From NCBI GenBank assembly GCA_001662655.1, contig KV460228.1: a stretch of DNA of 64,000 bases, one strand, 5' to 3'. A model generated the notes under the pieces. The model was not told the DNA's origin and searched no databases. It saw only the letters and a program-made list of their open reading frames with translations. Made by a program: the position numbers and the translations under genes. Origin of the DNA: Pseudogymnoascus verrucosus (taxonomy: Eukaryota). Positions 13,627 to 26,241 of this stretch are shown piece after piece. Position 1 is the first letter of the stretch; each line of letters begins with the position of its first letter.

Positions 13627-15529
13627 ATGAGCCAGCTACCTCTGTCGCAGCAGTTCGCGCCCGCGGGAGCCTCGCATGGTCGGGTTATCAGCAAGTGAGT
13701 TCCGCGACAGATTCTCATGGGGTTGCATGCTTTGGATTAAACTACCTGGACTCGTTGCTGACCATGGACTATAGCGCGGACCATGAGCTGATTGTGAGGC
13801 AAAAGCCTCTGAATGCGAAGGTCTTCATTGGCAAGGAAAAGGGTAAGTCGGCGCATGGAATGATGACCTTGGAATATGTGTTGACCGTTATGCAGATCGG
13901 AAACCAATAGATCCGCCACCCATCGTACAGCTCAAGATCAGCGAGGCGGTTGATCCCTCGCAGAACTTTCTTCAAAGTAAGGGCATCACCGTGTTGTGAA
14001 TTGGTGTCGCCACCTACTGACCCTCATGTTTCGCAGGCCCCTACTATTTCATCTCAACCTCACTGGTTGACGATGATGAGAACAAATCGCCGGAGGATCG
14101 CGAGGAGGTCAAGAACGCTTTGGCAGGCACGCTCGTTTCGTCCCTGCATCGGCTGAAAGACAGCGATAACATTGACCGCGGGTTCTTTGTCTTCGGTGAC
14201 CTCTCGGTCAAGATAGAAGGCACCTTCAAGCTCCAATTTACACTCTACGAGGTCCGAGATAAGGAAGTGGAGTATATCACTTCCACCCTGTCAGAACCAT
14301 TCAAAGTCCATCCAGCAAAGAACTGGCCTGGCATGGCCGAATCGACCTTTCTGACGAGATCCTTCAGTGACCAGGGCGTGCGATTGAGGTTACGAAAAGA
14401 GCCCCGGTTTCGACTGAGCACGAGAGGTCCAGGCTCTGATAACTACGAACCTCGCCACTATAATACAAGTCGCCGGCGGCAGAGCAAGCAGATGGAAGCT
14501 GCCAATGCCCAAGAAGGAGCTCAACTCCCAATAACGCCCATAACACCCCAATCTCAAGTGGCGATCGGCGCATCGAGGACAGCAAAAATAGAACCACCTG
14601 ATACTACAGGCCTTGGTTCCTTATCTTCCCAGGGCGGGATGTATCCTATGGATAACAGGAAACGCGGCTTCTCGCAAACATCTCAGGCTAGCTTATATGG
14701 AGGGCCTGCAGATGAATCTGCAGCGAAGCGCGCAAGGCAGGAGATGGATGAAGCTGCCCAGCTACCCTTCACCGGACAACCGCAGTTTGCGGGGGGCCAA
14801 GGGATGGGTTACGGCGGACAACAATTCTCAGACCCATTTCAAGTCCAACAACCTCTGATGTATCAACAAAACCCCCAACAACCAATGCAAACCTTTGACC
14901 AGTTCAGCCCGACATACATGGCGCCAAGTCCCCAGCAAAGAATCAACAGAGGAGACCAACAGCAACAAGGCTATTTCAGCCCGCGCCGCGGCAACGTCGA
15001 ACCCTTCCAAGCACCCTCACCCTACCAATCACCCACCTCCCGCCTCCCCCAAACCACACAATTCCAGCGCTCCCCTGCCCAAAACGCATTCCAATACAAC
15101 CAACCCATGCAACCGCCCCCCATGCAAGCACCCTACGGCATGCAACCCCCGCCCCAACAACAGCAATACGCCCCGCAACCCGACCTCCTCATGCAACCTA
15201 TGCCACCGAACCGCTCCCCAGGCGGCTTGGGGATGTACCAGCAGCCTGGCCCGGAACTGGATCCGTTGCTGGGGGCGCCGCCGAAGGGGGGAGATATTCT
15301 GGCGGGGCAGGGAGGGATGCAGCCGCCGGGGATGTTTTATGGCGGCAGGCAGCAGGGGCCAGGGATGCAGCAGGTGAGGACGAGTCAGCAGATGGGACCG
15401 TCGGGGCAGCAGATGGGGACGGGTGGACAACAGATGGGGCCCGGTGGACAGCAAGGGATACCAGGGCAGCACCAGATGGGATCGGATGGGCAGAATATGG
15501 GAACGGGACTTGACCTTGGTGAACGTTGA
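13627..15529 (+). CDS. vosA: Velvet-domain regulator, VosA/Ryp2 type
   Basis: Splicing (introns 13695-13774, ~13843-13896, ~13977-14036) gives ADHELIVRQKP..GKEKDRKPIDPPPIVQLKI..LAGTLVSSLHRLKD..GFFVFGDLSVKIEG..PGMAESTFLTRSFSDQGVRLRLRKE. The velvet domain is N-terminal and followed by a Q/P-rich tail, as in VosA. Confidence 0.85.
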
Positions 15530-16218
15530 TCGTTCCTTTGCTGTTGATGTTGTTGTGCTTTTAATCCTTAATTATTATTAATAATCTTACTTGATTTGGG
15601 ATGGGGGGGAGATGGCGAAGAAAGGTTACTACCTGGAACCCGGAACTATACACGCATGGAAACTCGAGCTGGCTATTATTCGCTAGTGCGGGCTGTTGCT
15701 GTTTTTTGGGGGGTGAGTGAAGATTGGCGCGGTGGCGGGGGTTGCAGGTGTTGGGTGGACTTTGGGGAGGAGGTATGTGTGTTTTTCCGAAGTGTATATG
15801 TAGGTTTGGGGCTGACTGAGTGTTTAATAGCCGTCATCTCACCTCGGACCTTTCGATCGACCAAGAGAGACTTGTTTGCCCCCGCTATGTCCTCACGCGA
15901 AGCCTTCCTCGCCGACGTCCCCTCGCCTGAGGGGAAGTGTATAAATATAAATATAAACCAAACCATGGATGGGCTGGGCTGGGCTGGGTTTTTGCTAAGT
16001 TGTGTGTATATGTGGCTCTATGTCTGGGAGGAATTGTAGTATTATTACATTACTGTTATTACTTGTATGTCACCGGTACCGTACGGGGTGGAGGGGTATA
16101 TCAAGTGTCCAGTCCATGGGAAAATGAAACATTTAAATTCAAGGGTATAATGATTAGAGAACTCTCTCTCAATCCCGTATAATAAATATATACGCACACA
16201 AACACCACTACTACCACC

Positions 16219-18000
16219 TCACGCATCCGCCCAAACGTCCGCAATCCTCGCACTCAACACCCTCGCCACCTTCTTCCTCCCCACCAACCCATTCATCTGC
16301 CCGCTAACCATTTCCTGCTTCCTCTTCTTTCCCTCCTCCCCGCCCCCACAGGCCTCAAACGCCTCCACAAATTTCTGTGGCGTCTTCCACCGCCTCTGGA
16401 TCTCGAGGGCTTTATCCCCCGTCACCCCGCGCGTGCACATCAGCATCTTCAGGAAGACGTCGCGGAGGGTGAGGGTCTCTGATTTAGAGGCCAGGGAGGC
16501 GAATGCTTGGTACGTGATGTTGTGTGTCACTCCAGGGTGTTTTTCGGATAATTGTGTTAGGAGGGGGAGGTAGTTCTGCGTGGTGAGGACGCGGGTGGGT
16601 ATCACTTTTAGGGGTTTGGACTCGTACAGCCCCTTCAGCATCATGGTCATCCGCGTGAGATACCGGATCGTATCATCCATCTTCTGGGTCTTCTTGATGA
16701 AATATCCATTCACGACCTGCGATGAGGCGATGGCGGATTCAACAGCTTCCTCGTACTTCTGGAAGTGCTCCGCGTTCATGGAGATCTCCTCGATGATGTA
16801 TATCACATTCTTGACGCCCGATTTCCGCAGCCGGAATTTCTGCTCGTGGAACCGCCCGTCTTTGATGCTGCCGACCAGGTCGTCGAGGCGCTTGCGCTCG
16901 ACTATCCAGTCGAGCATTATTTCGGAGCCTTCGAGGCCGTGGCGCTGGAGGTAGAGAGGGTCTTTGCATTTTGCTACCCAGAGCGCGTCGCCGAGGTCGA
17001 GGCTGCGCATGATGGGGGAGACGCCTTTCTTGGTGAGCTCGACGCGCATGTAGTCTCTGTCTTCTTTGGCGCGGACTTCGCGGACGTCGAGGACGAGCTC
17101 GAGGGTGAAGGCTGAGGAGGGGATGGTGATGGGTGAGAATGTGGGGAGGGCGGTTTCATCTGCTAGCGCATCTCCGAATGGTACGATATCATCTTGTACA
17201 CCCTCCATCCCATTATCGTACTGTGGTTCTGATCGTGAAGGTGGGGGTGGACTCGAATTAATGGCCATGAACCCATCATCGTCCGCTGCACCGAGTACTG
17301 GTCCAGATGGAGCAGGTTGTCGAGATTTCGGCGGCGCTGCAGGGGCGTCGAGCGTACTCTGCTTGGGATCCGCGGTTGGCTGGGATGCCTTGATTCGTGA
17401 GGCGACTTCGTAGCCTTCTTCTGTGAGACAGTATTTCCTCAGCGGCCGACCCTTCTCGGCGACGAGGTCCTTTTCAAGGAGCGTCTTCATCGAATTCCAC
17501 GCTGTGTAGAACTTGGTTGGGTCACTCGATGCGGTGAACGAGGAATCGCAATATGGCTGAGCTAGCTCGATTGTTTGCTGCTTTGTGATACCGGAAGGTG
17601 CACTCTCTGGAATGGTGGACAGCGCGAGGATCAGCGCATACGGCCCCGATCGTAAAGTTGGGACGTAGGCCTTCTTTTTCCTGGCCGGCTTCGCGGGAGC
17701 AGTGCCATCGTCGGCGGTGGTTTTCCCTTTACTAACCTTTCGGGGTAGGTCAGGCATGGGAAGTCCATTTGTTTGGCAATGGACTTTCAGTTTATCCGTC
17801 AGTCGCTCGCAGAGTTTGGGACCGAAGCCGTGTAATTGCTGTGCCTCTGCAGGATGCTGAAATGGGAGCGGGCATGACTTCAAGGAGTCGTAGGCCTTTC
17901 TATAAACTGTGAACCCCTTCGAATTGCGTTCTCTTGCCGTATCCAACCATTCTTTGACCCAGCCAAGGAGTAATGGATTGGCACACTCTTCGTCTGCCAT
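16219..18000 (-). CDS. MUS81: Crossover junction endonuclease MUS81
   Basis: 593-aa ORF with N-terminal HhH (QQLHGFGPKL), winged-helix region (YVPTLRSGPYALILAL), ERCC4 nuclease motifs (LDLGDALW, VERKRLDDL..SIKDGRFHEQKFRL) and C-terminal HhH. Confidence 0.95.
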   Translation of the reverse strand: MADEECANPLLLGWVKEWLDTARERNSKGFTVYRKAYDSLKSCPLPFQHPAEAQQLHGFGPKLCERLTDKLKVHCQTNGLPMPDLPRKVSKGKTTADDGTAPAKPARKKKAYVPTLRSGPYALILALSTIPESAPSGITKQQTIELAQPYCDSSFTASSDPTKFYTAWNSMKTLLEKDLVAEKGRPLRKYCLTEEGYEVASRIKASQPTADPKQSTLDAPAAPPKSRQPAPSGPVLGAADDDGFMAINSSPPPPSRSEPQYDNGMEGVQDDIVPFGDALADETALPTFSPITIPSSAFTLELVLDVREVRAKEDRDYMRVELTKKGVSPIMRSLDLGDALWVAKCKDPLYLQRHGLEGSEIMLDWIVERKRLDDLVGSIKDGRFHEQKFRLRKSGVKNVIYIIEEISMNAEHFQKYEEAVESAIASSQVVNGYFIKKTQKMDDTIRYLTRMTMMLKGLYESKPLKVIPTRVLTTQNYLPLLTQLSEKHPGVTHNITYQAFASLASKSETLTLRDVFLKMLMCTRGVTGDKALEIQRRWKTPQKFVEAFEACGGGEEGKKRKQEMVSGQMNGLVGRKKVARVLSARIADVWADA

Positions 18001-18379
18001 TGCGCAGGAATCCGGTATACAAAAAGATACAAAAGAAGCAATTTAGCACAGAAAGAGCCCAGGGACAGCACTTGTGTCTCTAATTCAAGCAACAGCAATT
18101 ATATAGGCCGGCTGGAGCAATGGCCATTGTTGATGGTGTCGAACTTTGGATATAGTTGGTGAGGTAACCGCGACGGGGGGAGAAACGATGACGCGCTGGG
18201 GACGCGGGGTCACGTGTTGGACCCTTATCTCACCTGTGCCTCGTTGTTCCCATACGCCAAAAGCGGGTGTGCCCGCATTAAGCCCCAAACATGCCAATCT
18301 TCGTATAAAGAGAGCTTCTCCGCTCTTTTGCCATCACGCATTATCTGTCCCTCCCCTCCCACAGCCTACGAGTTACGCA

Positions 18380-20061
18380 ATGTCTTCCACCGACAATATA
18401 CTCGCTGCTTCGAAAAAGCACCCAAAGCCTGCTGATCGGGTTTTCCAATATGGCACGGCTGGCTTTCGCATGAATGCTAGCCTCTTGGACTCTGTCGTAT
18501 TCAGGGCAGGGTTAACAGCAGCCTTGCGGTCTCGAAAACTTGGCGGCCAAACTATTGGCGTCATGATCACGGCTAGTCATAATCCTCCTGAGGACAATGG
18601 CATCAAGCTTGTTGATCCCATGGGAGAGATGCTCGAGAACTCCTGGGAGGCACACTCTACGGAGCTTGCAAACGCCCAGTCGGACGAGGAGCTGGTTCAG
18701 ATCTACAAAAAGCTGGAAGCTTCGCTCAAGATAAGCCCCGAGACGACCGCCCGTGTCATCTTTGCCCGTGATACGCGCCCGTCGGGTCCTAAGCTCGTCG
18801 CTGCGTTGGTTGATGCGCTCGAAGCTACCGGGGCAGAGTACACCGACTACAAAACTTTGACGACACCTCAGTTGCATTACCTCACTCGCTGCATAAACAC
18901 AGAGGGGACCCCGCAATCATACGGAGAGATCAGTGAGAAGGGATACTATGAGAAGCTGTCGTCCGCCTTCAAGAGGGCTATGAAGGGCAAGACGACCTCT
19001 GGCCACATCACCGTTGACTGTGCCAATGGTGTTGGAGGACCTAAGCTTACCGAGCTGATTAAATACCTGGACAAGGCATCGGAAGGCGGGATTGATATCA
19101 AAATCGTCAACGATGATGTCCTGAAGGCAGAGTCTCTGAACCATGAGGTACGTTGTTATTTACCCCGCCATTTCCGCACGGACCAGCTAACAAAAGTCAG
19201 TGCGGTGCAGACTACGTCAAGACCAAGCAAAGAGCTCCCCCCGCTTCAAAAGCTGGCCCAAATGAGCGCTGCTGTTCTCTCGACGGAGATGCTGACCGCA
19301 TCATTTATTACTTCAGCGATCCTGAGAATGGTTTCCGTCTTCTCGATGGAGACAAGATTGCCACTTTGGCTGCGTCCTTCATTGGCGACCTAACTCGCGA
19401 AGCTGGTCTTGCTGAGGAGCTGAAGATCGGCGTTGTCCAGACTGCATACGCCAATGGCGCCAGTACTAACTATGTGACCAAGTCGCTGAAGCTTCCAACT
19501 GTGTGCACTCCAACCGGAGTGAAGTGGCTTCATCACGCTGCAACCAAGTTCGATGTCGGCGTCTACTTTGAGGCCAACGGCCATGGTACCGTCGTCTTCT
19601 CGCAGCAGGCTGTGAAGGCGTTCCATACCAAGGAGCCCCAATCCCCCGCTCAGAAGAACGCCCTAGATACCCTTTGTGCCCTTTACGACCTCATCAACCA
19701 GACCGTCGGCGATGCCCTGTCTGATATGCTCCTCGTGGAGGTAATCCTCGCCCACAAGTCATGGACGCCGAAGGAGTGGGACCTCACCTACGTTGACCTT
19801 CCCAACCGCCTCGTGCGCGTTGAGGTTGGCAACAGGAACCTCTTCAAGACCACGGATGCAGAGCGCAAGCTTGTTGAGCCACAGGGTGTGCAGGCTCAGA
19901 TTGATGGACTGGTGGCCAAGTTCAAGGATGGCAGGTCCTTTGCGAGAGCTAGCGGAACAGAGGACGCTGTCCGTGTTTATGCTGAGGCCGCCACTAGGAG
20001 CGAGGCGGACGATCTCGCTGCCAAGGTTGCGGCTGTCGTCAAGCAGAATGGTAGCATTTAA
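18380..20061 (+). CDS. PCM1: Phosphoacetylglucosamine mutase (AGM1/PCM1)
   Basis: YGTAGFR, catalytic TASHNP, metal-binding DGDADR, YFEANGHG and RASGTED; one intron at about 19148-19200. Confidence 0.95.
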
Positions 20062-20701
20062 TGATAGGCTAAAGATCGGATGTAGACGCAGTTATGAGAT
20101 ACAAAACAAGAAAAGTCTGTTGATTTGAAGCTAGAGGAGTTCCGTTGTTAGGGATACCAAAATAAACGTTAGATATAGTACTTAAGTTTGCAACGTGAGT
20201 AAGTGTAGTCAAAGGGCTATAGCTTTACTCCCAACTCTTTAGTCTCCTTTCCGTCTACTAACTCTAAATATTGATGTCAAGAATTGAAGGTCTTTGACGC
20301 CAATAAAGAAAGACCATCAAGAAGGGAGCTGGATTTGCCGACGTTGGAACGAGGCCTCGGGGGCGTAAGAGGTAGAGCTAAAGTTAGAAACCGTTAGATC
20401 AAGCGTTCAAACACGGATAGACTCCCTTCTAAGTGATCAGACCTCGAATTTAAGCATTATTTTAAGGTCTCATAGGTTTACAACATAAAAAAAGTCATTA
20501 AAGAGCCATAATCTCAGCTCTAGTTTTCACCCTTGTGGGTTTGCCGCCCGCTGCAGCCGAAAAACGCAGTGGCATAAAAGCCTCGCCGAACCACAGCCAC
20601 GATTGCCCTTTCGATGACCTTGCCTACCAAATATAGCCCGTCAGAAGTAGGGAGGCCAAAGATGAAAAGTACACGCCGGTTTCTGTGTCGGATGAATGGA
20701 C

Positions 20702-22024
20702 TTAGGCGTCCTCGGCGCCCTCAACGTCCCTTGCGTCCCGAGAATTTTCATCTGCGTATTCCTTAACTTGCTTATCCCAATCGTGAAGACACAAAGTACC
20801 ATTCATCCTCGACTGGACTAGGTATGGCGTAATAGCCTTGTCGGTCAAAGTGCTTGGTTTCTCCGGAATTGATCGATAGAAAAAGTCTTTGCTGTGCTTA
20901 AATATAGTTACAAGTCGCACGAGTTTTTTTTCGCGAATGTTCGTAAATACTACTAAAAGGGTAGGCTTGAAAACGCAGTTGCTGAAGACTAAGGAGCGCA
21001 GTGACTTCCGCACCATGCCCAAGCACTCAAGTAACGCACGGGAAAGGATGGCGAAACCATGGAACTCAAGGTGTCGAAGTTGAGGGTAAAGCATAGGCAT
21101 CAGTCGCATGAAGGTGGGGCGCTTCTAGACATAGAGGAGCTCTTCTAATGGTCTAGCCAAGTGCCCCTTCTCATCCACGGCGTGGGGGTGTGTCTTCATT
21201 GTTAGCGACTGGAGGTTTCTATTCTTTCTAGGATTTCCGAGATGGCGTACAACGGTTGATACTTGCCCAGACAAAGGTATCTCCGAAAGACAGAAATCAA
21301 TGTAAAGGTGTTGGACGTTTTTAAACATAAATAGCGGGACATATATCCCAGATCCCCTGGGGGGGAAAACATCCTCGTCCCGCTTTGACCCTTGTGTCTT
21401 GATAGAAAAATGCGTGAGAGTATGTGGTGATTCAGACAATGGTTTCAAAATCAAGGCATACAAACCCCCATGTTGCGGGCGAGGTTGTACCATTGTGCTC
21501 CACTGGTCTGGATTGTTTAGGATTTCTGGTGCATCGAGTGCAACTGGATATTGCTCAGTCCGAAGTTCACAGCCATTGTCTACTGAAACCCTCTTTAGGT
21601 TGATGAAAGACTCAAGATGAAGTTGTGCGCTTCCATCATATAAAGGAGAGTATACGCTTTCCTGGTCCCTGTACATAGTGCGGTATTTCTCATGCCACTG
21701 AGCGACGTCATCACGTGATAGCCCGGCAAACCTCTCCTTGAAGGTGTCTTGGAAAGCCTCTAAGTCGTCGTGCAGGTGATATTGAAGTTCTCTATCGGCC
21801 CAGCAGATCTCTTCAACGTACTCTCTGTAAGGCGACTGAATGAGATTGGCAACATTAGCCACGGATTTGCTCGACAACATGATGAATAGCCGTTTGAAGT
21901 AGATAGGGTCGGCACTTCTCCGACACGACGATGAAACCAAACGCAGGGAGGCTAGAGTCTTTTTATCCTCAATGTGGCTTATAATCAAATTAATAAGCTC
22001 TTGTGGAAAATAAATGGAGTCCAT
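20702..22024 (-). pseudogene. F-box protein gene interrupted by a single in-frame TAG
   Basis: N-terminal F-box-like FPQELINLIISHIEDKKTLASLRLVS. ORFs 21125-22105 and 20702-21109 are in the same frame, separated only by TAG at 21125-21127 (..LLYV*KRPTFMRLMP..). Confidence 0.6.
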
Positions 22025-22351
22025 GGTTGCGATTTCGAGTGAGATATAGCCATAATGTCGGGTGGTTACTCGCCGAAGACAATGTAAGGTAGACAAAGCG
22101 TCCATCAGCCCAAAAATTGTGTTCGGGTAATATAAAGTAGTGGTGAATCCTCTTTGAGCAGCCCAATACCGAATTTACATTAAATATGTAGTTTTGTCAA
22201 ATAATTTATAGATATATAGATTAATAGGACTATAATACCATAGGATTATAACATTATGCAAGAATGAGTTAGTGCTGGAGCCGCCATCTTTGGCTAGCAT
22301 CGGTTGCTGCTTTACAGAGCCCTCGGCATCCTGAACCCTCTTTCTCTTAGC

Positions 22352-22455
22352 ATATACGCTCATTCTTGTTGCTATATACCCTCTTTCTTCTTCCCATATA
22401 CGCCCTTTGTTCTTACTATATACGCTCTTTCCTCTTCGTATATACCCTATTTCCT
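22352..22455. repeat. 22-bp period minisatellite, 5 copies
   Basis: ATATAC(G/C)C(T/C) starts at 22352, 22374, 22396, 22418 and 22440, each followed by a pyrimidine tract. Confidence 0.8.
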
Positions 22456-24236
22456 GTTTTGGCGGCCTCCACGCTCAGTGACCCGCACCCACAATTCAGA
22501 CTGGATCCACAAGCCAACATTTGCACTCTTCCATGGACTCGTAGAATCCACAAGCTCAAAGTCAAAATTTAGAAGCAACTATTGAAGTTAGTCAGGAAGT
22601 TTTTCACTTCAGGATTTTGGAGACATACCTCTACAAACACCTTGTTCAACTCCATCAAAGCCACGGGCCTACCGAGACACTGGTATTTCCCGTAACCCCA
22701 GATTAGTTCTGCAGTTCGATTCATGACTGTTAGCTTTGAGGCATCTTCAGTAAGCCACCTTTCAGGGCGGAACATGTCTGCGTCTGGGCCGAAAATCTCT
22801 TTGTTTCTATGGATGCCCCAGGCGCAGTAGCCGACGCTGGTGTCCCCGGGGATAAAGATTTTTTGTCCATCCAACTCGAACTCATCGCCATCTAGTGGCG
22901 ACTGTTTACTCAATAGTCCTGTGACAGGTGGCCAGATTCGTAGTCCTTCTTTAATCACTGCTTGCAGGTATTTCATTTTCGAAGCTTCCGTCTCCTTGAC
23001 GACAGGGGAGGATATAAGGCCCTCTTGGAGATGCTTGTCTATCTCTGCTTGCAGCGTACGATAGGCTAACGGGTGGGTTATCAGGTGAAGGATTGTGGCT
23101 CGGATGGCTGTTGCAGATGTGTCCGCCCCAGCGAGGATCTGTAGGAGAGACTCTGCAACGAGATCTGTTTCAGAGAGCCCATGTGCAATAAAGGAGGCCA
23201 TCATGTCGTTATCCACTGACGACTTCTTAGTAAACCGCTCATGTACTAGTTTTCTAGCGATCCTATATAACAAAATTAATACAGCTACAGCAAAGAGTAT
23301 GCAGCACAGATACTCACCCGATTAGCTTTCCTACACCAGTAGTATCCTTATCATTGGGTGAAAAGACTTTTGCTACCCATGGGAATTGGAAGAATGCGCT
23401 AAGTGCTGGTATTGAAGTTAGAGTGATCATAATTGGCAGCATCTCCTCCGTTGACTGGATGTATCTGTAGGTGTCGCAATCGTCGACAAGGTTTCCAAAT
23501 GACTGCCGGAAGGCAATATCTGTGATAACATCCATAGTAAAATACGCTGCTTTCCTTGCGATGTCCATTGGAATAAACTCCGCAGAACTGGAAACGTATT
23601 TGGTCCGAACTAATCTGACGAGGTTGAGGATATGAGTGTCGATAGTACTCTCAAGAAAGGTATTTGTCTTCCCAGTATACTATGCAGCATGAACATCAGC
23701 CCTGTTGTACATTTGATGGGACATGTGGATGCCAACCCCATCGGCCATCTGCGCCCTCCGCCGAGTGTGTTTTTTCTCATCCATGGTACTAAATATATTA
23801 TCTTGCCCTGGCGGTAACCTCAACCCCGCATACCAGTCGCTTCGCGTATATGGGGATCTTGCAGCGCTCATTCTAAAAAGAAGCTCCGGCGAACTCGTCA
23901 CCAATTTGTTCGGCGCGATTCGTGCGACAGGTCCTATGCAAGGCGTCAGTGTCTGCATATGTGCATCACTATGAATAAACAGAATTTGAAAATCGGTCCG
24001 CTCTTACCATATTTCTCGCAGACATTCGCAAAATCGATGTGGGTGTTCTGTCGCATAACTGCTCTTACGAGCCAGAAGTTTGACCATCCTGAAGTCAGCG
24101 GTCCTCTGAATGCCCTCAGTTTCGAGTATTGTTTATAAGATTGTGCTAAATATGCGGCAAGAGCAAAAGCAAAGACAACTGCAAGTAAATACCAAGCAAC
24201 ACCCCCCAGCGCATTTTTGACAACAGTAATAGCCAT
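22447..24236 (-). CDS. Cytochrome P450 monooxygenase (pisatin demethylase/benzoate hydroxylase-like clan)
   Basis: N-terminal TM anchor, I-helix AGADTSA, EGLR (ExxR), FRPERW, heme motif WGYGKYQCLG; four introns; last exon ends at TAG 22447. Confidence 0.92.
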
Positions 24237-24668
24237 AATAATTCTGACTGGTCATTATTGTACGAATTTATTCCGAAGGAAAGGATATGGGTGGGGAAAG
24301 GATATGGGTGGGGGGATATGGTAGCGGCGGGTGCAGCGGCCACGGGTGGTTAATGGCGGTGTAATACCACAGAGTGCATTAGCTCTTCTTCAACGGTGGG
24401 TCTGGGGATATGCTGTACAGCCCCCCGGTCCAATCGTTATGAAGCTGGTATGCTGTTCCACACTAGCACGTGTTGGACACCTCCCACCCCTCGCTCCCAT
24501 CGCACCCCTACTATCTCTTCACAGCAAAGATGCAACTCGTTACTTCCCCGCTGCTGCACAGTACATATACTTTCCCACACCCAACGGTTATTGTGAACAA
24601 GCACAACTCGCAGACCTCTTGAACTGTCCGACTGGGTATTTGTACCCTGGATATTTATCTTTAATGCA

Positions 24669-26241
24669 ATGATACCAACGACACCGCCAGTTGAAGCGCC
24701 GGCCGCGCCGTCGGCGACAATAGCCGCTGCTCCATTGACCCTAGGTTCCGCGCAGCTAGTTCCCGAGCAAGGCAGCCCCACACTTGAGCAGCCAGCCGAT
24801 AGTTCACCATTACCAACACAAAGCGATCCCAATGTTGAAGATGTAGTGGAGGCGGAAGAAGTAGTTGAAGGAGGATATTATGAAGTATATATGGCTTTGC
24901 GCTGATCTTGCGGCTGCACGAACTATGAACTAATCCAACGATTTATCGCAGACTGACAATGACTCGGGCTACAGTTTTGAAGATACCGGGTGAGTTGTTC
25001 AAACTCCGGAAAGGGAATTGTATGTGCGCAAAATTTTAATATCTGGTTATAGGTCAAGTACTACATCGCTTGCAGATAGTGTGAAACAGTATCGTCGGGA
25101 GAATGGCCGCACATATCATTCCTTCCGCGAAGGAGGTGAGAAAGCATCCATGATTATTACCAAGTTTGCTACTGACTCCTTCTTTCTGCACAGTTTATGC
25201 TCTACCAAATGATGAGGTATGTAGTCACTATTATATATGCATTAAAATATCTTCTAATTCTACTATTAAGTTCGAGCAAGAGCGGCTAGGTATGTTTCAT
25301 TGAGAATACTGTCACATCCCATACATAGTTAGGTATTGACTATGATACAAGACCTACAACATCACTTGTTTCTGCTATCCTTTGGAGAGAAACTGTTCCT
25401 TGCTCCAATCAAAAAACAAATCCACAATTGCCTTGATGTTGGTACAGGCACGGGAATCTGGGCGGTAGATTTCGGTCAGTTACCTTGTCCCCAGTTCAGC
25501 CTCATCTAACATAATTTTACTACAGCGGACGAACATCCTGAGGCTCAGGTCATTGGCATCGACCTCAGCCCTATCCAACCCGGCTTTGTCCCCCCTAACT
25601 TGAAATTTATTGTTGACGACGCAGAGGATGAATGGGTCATCAGCGAAAAGTTTGACCTCATTCATGTTCGTATGATGGTTGGTTCCTTCCTCAACTGGCC
25701 ACAATTTTTTACAAGAGCCTACAATCAACTCCACCCCGGCGCATACATTGAATTGCAGGACGTCACTGGCCTTGCTTGCGATGATACAACATTCACCTAT
25801 GATCCACCATCTTGTCGGTTTGCAGAATGGTGGAAACTAGTAACGGAAGCATTTGAGAAATCTGGTCGAGATATGGACGCTGCGGTACAACACAAGGAGA
25901 GAATGGAGGCGGCTGGCTTTGTCAATGTCACAGTCATTGACTTTAAGTGGCCGATAAATACGTGGCCAAGAAACAAGAAGCTGAAAACGATTGGTATGTG
26001 GAGTAAGGAAAACACGCTCGATGCATTGGAAGCCTTGGCTATGGCGCCATTGACGAGGGTTCTTAAGTGGACGCCAGAGGAAGTGCAAATGTTATTGCAG
26101 GGTGCTAGACAGGACATTGAAAATGAGGGTATCCATGCATACTGGAATATGTAAGTGTTTGCATGTGCTTAACTAAGCTTCGTCCGCAAATATTCTAACA
26201 TCTCAAATAGTCGCGCAGTATATGGTCAGAGACCGGAGTGA
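24669..26241 (+). CDS. SAM-dependent methyltransferase (LaeA-like/TAM, Methyltransf_23 family)
   Basis: YRRENGRTYH, LPNDE, EQERLDLQHH, LDVGTGTGIWA, IGIDLSPIQP and FIVDDAEDEW over about 8 exons, including ~19-24 nt micro-exons; stop TGA at 26239-26241. Confidence 0.9.

Noticed and set aside
18146..18379. N-terminal extension of ORF 18146-19393
   Set aside because: It starts at a non-ATG codon inside the MUS81/PCM1 promoter; recognisable mutase sequence begins at ATG 18380.
13627..26241. Functional link between the velvet gene and the LaeA-like methyltransferase 9 kb away
   Set aside because: This methyltransferase family is large in filamentous fungi and unrelated genes intervene; nothing marks it as the true LaeA.
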